DNA of 63,669 bases, filler included, from Saprolegnia diclina VS20 (Eukaryota): the NCBI RefSeq assembly GCF_000281045.1. It is 11 parts of 11 records of this genome, joined end to end, with 100 filler letters (N's around TTAATTAATTAA, not from the genome) between each part and the next. Parts side by side here need not be neighbours in the genome. Positions count along the whole stretch, not along the records: positions 53,336 to 59,968 come from NW_008246306.1; positions 60,069 to 62,554 come from NW_008246307.1; positions 62,655 to 63,669 come from NW_008246309.1; 8 more parts are not named here. One strand, 5' to 3'. Below the pieces are notes generated by a model. The model did no database searches. It was not told the DNA's origin and worked only from the letters and a program-made list of their open reading frames with translations. This document shows, one piece after another, positions 57,186 through 63,669 of the stretch. The number at the start of each line of letters is the position of its first letter. The stretch's first letter is position 1. The position numbers were made by a program, and so were the translations under genes.

Positions 57186-59968
57186 ATGTATCAAATGTAT
57201 CAATCCATATCCACGAGAACCCACCCAACACGACCTACTACTACCCAAGACGACGGACAAGGCCGCTCAGACAAGCACCAAGCGACCCGAACCGTCTCAC
57301 CAACGAACCTACGCATCGTCACGCAAAACGTCGCCGGGCTGCGCAAGGACCCCAAGAACATTTCCGCGTGGTTTTGTCAGTGGAAGGCCAAGCTCGACCG
57401 CGGGACTGTCGACGCGGTGTGTCTACAAGAAACGCATGTCACGACTGCGGCCGAGGTCGACTCGCTCACACGTCAGTGGCAGGCCGTGTGGGGCTTCGCC
57501 AACCCGCCGCGCCAGCTTTCTTTTTGGTCGCTTACGCCAGACAAGACCGCGGGCGTCGCCATCTTGCTCAGCCCATACTCGTCGCATGAGTTCGATTTCG
57601 GCGGCGACCACGGACAGCCAGGACGTGTGCTTTATGTGACATCGGCCACGTACAGCATCATGACGGTATACGCGCCAAGCGACGGGCCCCAAGCCCGGAA
57701 CGCGTTCTTCGCGTACATGGCCAGTACGCCAGCGCCCACAACGCCCTTCTATGCAGTCGCCGGCGACTTCAACTGCGTCAGCTGCCCGTGGCGCGACAGA
57801 CACGCTCAACCCCAGGGTCGCTCGGGTACTGCCGAGTGTCGCGAGATGGAGCACTGGCTTGACGCGTGGCGGTTACACGACGCGCTGCTGCAAGTAGTCG
57901 CGGCGCCGCGTCAAGACGACGCAGCTTGTGCCCAGTTCCGCAAGGACCATTTTACGTGTATTCGCGCACGGTCTGCCTCCCGCATTGATCGCGTCTACAT
58001 CTGCACGGAGCTCCGGGGCGCCGTTCAGTCCGTCACGGTGCGGCTTCCTGGGGCTCAGAGCGACCACAACGAGGTGTGCCTCGATCTCGTGGCCACAGCT
58101 GCCGTACGCCGGCCCAACCGCAGTTTGTACCCGGTCAGGCAGCTGCCGCAGCACGTGGCGCGGTCTGCAATTGCGCAATTTCTCACTGAGCGTACCCTCG
58201 TTGACGAACCCAATGCATCTGTCGGAGCTGCGTGGGACCAGCTCAGTCATGACCTAGCCGACCTGCTCACGGCGCTGCGCATGGGTGCACCCAAGGCCAA
58301 GCAGTCTCAGGTTGTCGCCACCGAGCATGTGGGCCGCGCTGCGGCAATTGCACTTGCGACGGAACACGCCGCGGACACGAAGGACTACCGGCTCGGACGT
58401 CATCTCAACAATGGGGACCAGGGCACGCAGGCCTTCTTTCGACGGTATGGCGCCCCGTGGGACAACTCGACGCTACCGGATATTGCGCGAGCGCCGAACC
58501 ACCCGCAAGCCAGCCCCGCAAATAACATGGCCAACTGGTGGCGGCCGCTTTTCGTGTCACGCTACGCTACTGTCGCTGACGGCCTGCAGTGCATTGCGAC
58601 GCACCATGCGGACATGCTGACTGGTGTCGCGGCACGCGTTGATGCCGAGCGCACGCAGCATTTGTTGGCGCCATGCACCTCGAGCGAGTTGCGACATGCG
58701 CTGACAAAGCTGCATAGCAAGAAGGCGGCAGGGCCCGATGGCTGGTCGAATCGCTTCTTCCGAGATTTTGCCGATGCACTCGAGCCATCCTTACTGCACT
58801 TGTACTCGGCCATCATTGCCGGCCACCCGCCGCCACAAGCGTTTCGGCATGCCACAGTGATTCCTCTCAAGAAGAAGGGCAACAGCACATGCGGGCTCGA
58901 TTACCGACCGATCGCTCTGCTCAACAGTGTCTACAAGCTTTTTGCCCACGTCATGGCGCAGCGGCTGCGTCCGCTACTCACGACGATCATTGGTGAGCAA
59001 CAGCAAGGATTCATTCCTGGTCGAGCACTCGCGGACAGCGTCACGATCTTTCAAGCCGCGCTCAACCAGCAAACCGACGACCCGACAACAAGTTTTGACG
59101 AGTCGCCGGGCATCTTCAGCGCGGACATCAAGAAGGCCTACGACTCGGTCGAACGGGCGAGCATTTTGGCTCTTCTACGTGCGATGGGGTTTCCGCAAGC
59201 CTATGTCGACTTGGTGGGTACGCTCATGGCGGGCTCGATGCTCCGATTCGAAGTCAATGGCAAGCTCTCGGCGTGGGTCGACCAGGAGACCGGGATCCAG
59301 CAGGGCTGTCCGTTTGCACCGTTGCTCTTCATCATCAGCATAGAGCCGCTCCTGGCCAAGCTGCAGGCGCATGCGCCGAGACATGGCCTGGCCGTCGGAG
59401 CTGGCGCCGCTCGACAGGTCGCGTGCAATGCCCACGTCGACGACACAGCGGTTTTTGTCCAACGGATGGACTCGCTGCCTTGGGTGCTCGAGCAATTCGC
59501 TCAGTTTGCAGACATGACGGGTCTTACAGTTCAGCTTGACAAGTCGTTCGGCATCTGTCTGAACAAAGCTCACGCGCGCGACAACTACCATGGTCTCCCG
59601 CTGCTCCAGCCGACCGAGCGGCGTCGGTACCTTGGCTTGATGGTTGGTCTCGGCGACTTGGCAGCGGACAACTGGGAGCGCGCGTACGAGGCCACTACGG
59701 CACGCCTGCGCGTGGCAGCAATGAAGGCGAAATGTGAACCCTCCAAGGCGCGTCTATTGCAGGCCATTGTCCAACCGAAAGCCGCGTTCGTGGCGTCGTA
59801 TTTCCCCGCACCGACAGCTTGGCGGACCAAGTGGGAGAAGCTTGTTTGGCATTTCTTCTGGCGCGGCAACTTAGCTGTCGGCACGGGCGGTCGCCTACCT
59901 CAGTACGTCCCCAAGGCGATTCTCCAGTCGCCGCGCGCACACCAAGGATGGGGCATTCCCAACATGGA
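57186..59968 (+). CDS. LINE ORF2: APE endonuclease + reverse transcriptase (partial)
   Basis: APE: TQNVAGL, CLQETH, VYAP, AGDFN, SRIDRVY, SDHNEV. RT: KAAGPDG, YRPIALLNSVYK, QQGFIPGR, DIKKAYDSV, GIQQGCPFAPLLF, HVDD, RYLG. Confidence 0.93.
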
Positions 59969-61093
59969 NNNNNNNNNNNNNNNNNNNNNNNNNNNNNNNN
60001 NNNNNNNNNNNNTTAATTAATTAANNNNNNNNNNNNNNNNNNNNNNNNNNNNNNNNNNNNNNNNNNNNGCGGCATGTCCAAGGCATATCTTCGAGCAACA
60101 TCATTTCCAGCACATCTCGGGTCTCGCTCCCATTTGGGTGCTTCAACTACAAGTGTGCATCGACAAACGTACCCCCATTGAGCTCAATGTCCTGTCTCGG
60201 CTCCATGCAACCGAGCTCGCATTACACATTGACATGCTCGTAACACGAAAACCAAACCGCTGTCAATCGAGAAGACGACCCATCCAAGATTCGTTAAGTT
60301 TCTTGTGCGAGCGGCCTCGCTCGGAACCTCGAGTTTGGTGTCTGTCGTCTCTATGCCCGCCGAGAAAATTGGCGCGCGCGGTTATGCATACGTGCGTCAC
60401 GCCCGTGGCCGATCCGCACCACGATTCGGAGCGCGTACCGTACTCGCTGCGCCGTGTTTGGTTTCGCGCCACCGCTGCGCATGGCCTATACCAAGACCAA
60501 CACAGTTTGTATTGGGTGCTCGCTCATTCCCAGTTCGGGCAGGCTCCGATTCCCGGCCCCAGCTGACCTCGACGTATTGGACGCGACTTTTCGGTGGCGC
60601 ACTCCGATCACGTCCCTACACACGTCTTAACCATCAATACCGCTCAATCGACTCGATTGACGGGGAAGAGGAAGTCGTGTTTGCCTGCGTGAACCAAGCT
60701 GACAACGCACGGTGTAAGAGTGGGCAAAAGAATTTCGGGATCCTGTGCTACCTCAACCGTCAACATCGAGGTGCTGGCCATCACCGCCACGGCACTCGCG
60801 TGGCAACTTCGCGTGGTCTGTGGCACTGTCCAGCGGCAGTCGGTGTTGTATTGACATCAATCCATCACTTCGGCGGCGCGGGCAGTGCACTGGATCGTCG
60901 ACTCGGCAGGCCACATTCCGGGACACAGCAACGCGCTCATAGACGTTGCCACCATCGCAGCGGTCGAGCAACATACAAACGTCTGCATGAAATACTTCCG
61001 CAGTTTCTTTGACAGACGCACCGAATCCAGCACGCCTGCGCTGGATGTACTGAGCACTCGATAAAAACCCGCTGCAGCCTAGACTGTCATCTT

Positions 61094-61519
61094 TCAGTCA
61101 AGATACGAGCAGCGGTCAGCAAACACACACGCTTGGCACGAATGGATAGCTTCCCCAAGCTGGACGCGGCCCTGCACACCTTCGCAAGGGAGCTCACCCA
61201 GCGGCCTATCACCACAACCAAGCGGCGCTGTTGTCCTACGGAGCTTGTCAAGATCCCGCGGCCACATCTCGATGTCCTGCGTCGGCAAAAAGGGGTCGCG
61301 CACGCGCTGTGAATGAAACGCGATGGTCTCCTCGCGCTTGTAGCCATAGTCACTGTACTGCGCCTTGTACTGCTCGACGAGCGCTGCAATCTCAGCCTCA
61401 CTCGCGTTCAACTTGAGTAGCTGCTCAATCTTGTGCCTGATCGTCGCCCTTCCTTGGTGCTCGACCAAGATGGCTCCCTCCCAGATCTTCAAGCGCGTCG
61501 TGAGCTCAATGTTCTCCAT
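61094..61519 (-). pseudogene. Fragment resembling the conserved C-terminal region of stramenopile bZIP-type proteins
   Basis: EAEIAALVEQYKAQYSDYGYKREETIAFH...LPTQ, recalled motif similarity only; no basic region seen. Confidence 0.35.
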
Positions 61520-62654
61520 GTCGAGCTTCTTCAGTCGAATCTCGTTCTGCTGGATGCATGCGCGTCGCCAACCAGCAGTAGCGAGCGGTCAATCTCCTTC
61601 GCAGAGATGCGAGCAAGCCTCGACCATCAACTCCCAAGCTCTCGAGTTTCTGGACGACAAGATTCAAACGCTCAAGCACCAAGAAGACATTAGGGAAAAG
61701 GAGCCCGCATCCCTTCTAATGCATTGCAAACGATCCAAGGCCCCAAGACCGACCGTACATGTCGGGACGTGTATCCACGGATTGAGCTATCACCCACACC
61801 GTGGCTGTGATTTCGACAATGCGGAACCTCGCTTATCATGCGCATAACAACAACATCATCTCGCTCATATATTCATCACTACCACGCTGTGCGACGTTTC
61901 GACAACTGAGACGCAACAATGCGAAGCAACTCGCGGGGATCAAGAATCTGACTACGCCGTGCCCAAAAGTCTCAAGCAACGACTCGACGTACCAACTCCG
62001 AAACGGCAGCGCTATGGCCTCCCGAAAATTGGCAAGAAGTCACCGTACGCACTCACAAAACACATCAGCATCAACAAAAAATCTCTCACCGACCTCACAA
62101 CTCAGATGGTCCCAACCTGTGGCGTTATCTCTGAGGAACGCCTTGCCCACCACTGGCACGGTGGACACCAAGAACAAGGTGCGAGAGAGGTTTTCTACGC
62201 ATAGCCAAGGTATGAAAGTACACATACGATATATAGGCGCACAACAAGCAAACTCGAGCCATCTACGAATATAAACTACTAGTATATAAGTCAAACTAAC
62301 CAGCCTTGATCACCACTGGGCGGACACACACACAGTTGTTGCCCTCAAGCGGCATATTCTCGTGGCGCTGAGCTACAAGCAAGCTAGAATAACTCTTAAA
62401 GCTTTAACGGCATTCTCTCGTAATTGCCCCTGGAGCATTCACGCTACGGAGTACAAAATAAATCACGAGATCATTGTTTATCATTTGGTTCCCTGCCTTG
62501 CTTTTAGGGAAACTTGTCGTTCTTTTTTACCTTCATGGCGATACATCAATCCCGNNNNNNNNNNNNNNNNNNNNNNNNNNNNNNNNNNNNNNNNNNNNTT
62601 AATTAATTAANNNNNNNNNNNNNNNNNNNNNNNNNNNNNNNNNNNNNNNNNNNN

Positions 62655-63255
62655 ACGGGCAAGAAGCTTGGCTCGATCGTGTTTGCCTCGTACGGTACGC
62701 CGTCCGGCAACCTCCTCGATTTCCAAACGGGCGCGTGCGACGCCCCGACGTCGATGGAAGTCGTGGCCTCGCGCTGCATCAACCAGCAGACGTGCCACCT
62801 CACAGCGTCCGACGACGTGTTTGGGAACCCGTGCGCGGGTACGTTCAAGGCCCTTAGCGTCGAGGCGCAGTGCGTCGGCCTCACCAACACCCTCGTCGGT
62901 GGTACGGTCGACCAACACGAGACTCTCTTGCTGCAGTGCCCGCAAAACCAGAAGATCTCGCTGGTCGCGTTCGCATCGTACGGCAGTCCCACGGGCACCG
63001 TCGGCACGTTCGAGACGGGTTGGTGCGACGCATCGTCGTCGGTTGGCGTCGTGCAGAGTCTCTGCGCGGGTCAGTCGTCGTGCGCGATCCAGGCCGATGA
63101 CTGGTACGTTTCAACTTCTTGGTTATTGCGTCAGCAGGTGTACTCATCGTGTCTCTAGGGTCTTTGGCAACCCGTGCGACGGAACGTTCAAGACGCTCAG
63201 CGTCGCAGTCGAGTGTGCCGACAGTAGCTCGGCGCGCCTTCGCCGCCGTCTCTAA
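62655..63255 (+). CDS. Divergent multi-domain SUEL lectin (5' truncated); intron 63104-63158
   Basis: Two SUEL repeats (FASYGTPSG...VFGNPCAGTFK; FASYGSPTG...W|VFGNPCDGTFK). The 55-nt intron is at the same domain position and phase as in the other lectins. Confidence 0.88.
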
Positions 63256-63669
63256 AGCGAAGTGACTTTGTGTTTGTAATCCAAATGCACATTTGTTTTA
63301 CGTTGACGCCTAATGAGCTTGTGTCCCCGTCGACGAATGGAGCAGTAGCAAGGCCTTGGTGCCTTGATGCGACTAGACTAGTAGCATCATACGAACGGGT
63401 GACTTTGTGTTAGCGGCAACATATCACTCGGTCACCATCGTGCGCCTTTAAACTTCATCGCTTGATGTAGAAGCCAACGCCGTTGAATGATCGCTAGGGT
63501 TGCCGTTGAAGCAACTTTGCACCCGAGTCTGGTGCACGGCGCCATGGCGACGACGTGTCCAGATCGCCAAATATGAGACTTACAACTCGACTTGGCAAGT
63601 TTCACAACCGCCGATCGCAGTCGCACCACCGACGCGCATCAAGTGGTCAGAGCCGTGGGTCAAGGCCGA

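Larger units (their letters stand above)
53582..59968 (+). mobile_element. L1/Tx1-like non-LTR retrotransposon (ORF1 + ORF2), 3' end cut by scaffold end
   Basis: ORF1 with CCHC knuckle is followed 31 nt later by an APE-RT ORF2; no visible stops or frameshifts. Confidence 0.92.

Noticed and set aside
61959..62204. YGLPKI motif reminiscent of a Penelope RT
   Set aside because: A single short motif with no following RT motifs; insufficient support.
1..63669. Chitinase + lectins + elicitins + transporters as one pathogenicity cluster
   Set aside because: The genes lie on separate concatenated scaffolds, so adjacency across linkers is artificial.

Overview
Eukaryotic, GC-rich, short-intron (43-55 nt) DNA whose gene content points to a Saprolegniales-type oomycete (inference from gene families and intron style). 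The window is not one locus. It is 11 small scaffolds joined by artificial 100-nt linkers (N44-TTAATTAATTAA-N44), so synteny holds only within a segment. Host genes: a secreted GH18 chitinase; a multicopy family of tandem SUEL-type lectins with an N-myristoylation-like start and no signal peptide; a 4-exon thiolase-like gene; an LRR protein; two multi-pass membrane proteins; two elicitin-like secreted proteins; a ZIP metal transporter; ABCB transporter fragments. Transposons are abundant and several can be delimited to the base. These include a MULE (9-bp TSD) with a Helitron inserted in its right TIR, an apparently intact two-ORF PIF/Harbinger element, a TA-flanked MITE and two very short fold-back elements. 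The most notable observation is that two unrelated elements each carry an OTU (deubiquitinase-like) cysteine-protease domain: a pogo-type DNA transposon (2 copies) and an L1/Tx1-like LINE, whose RT also has an unusual HVDD motif.
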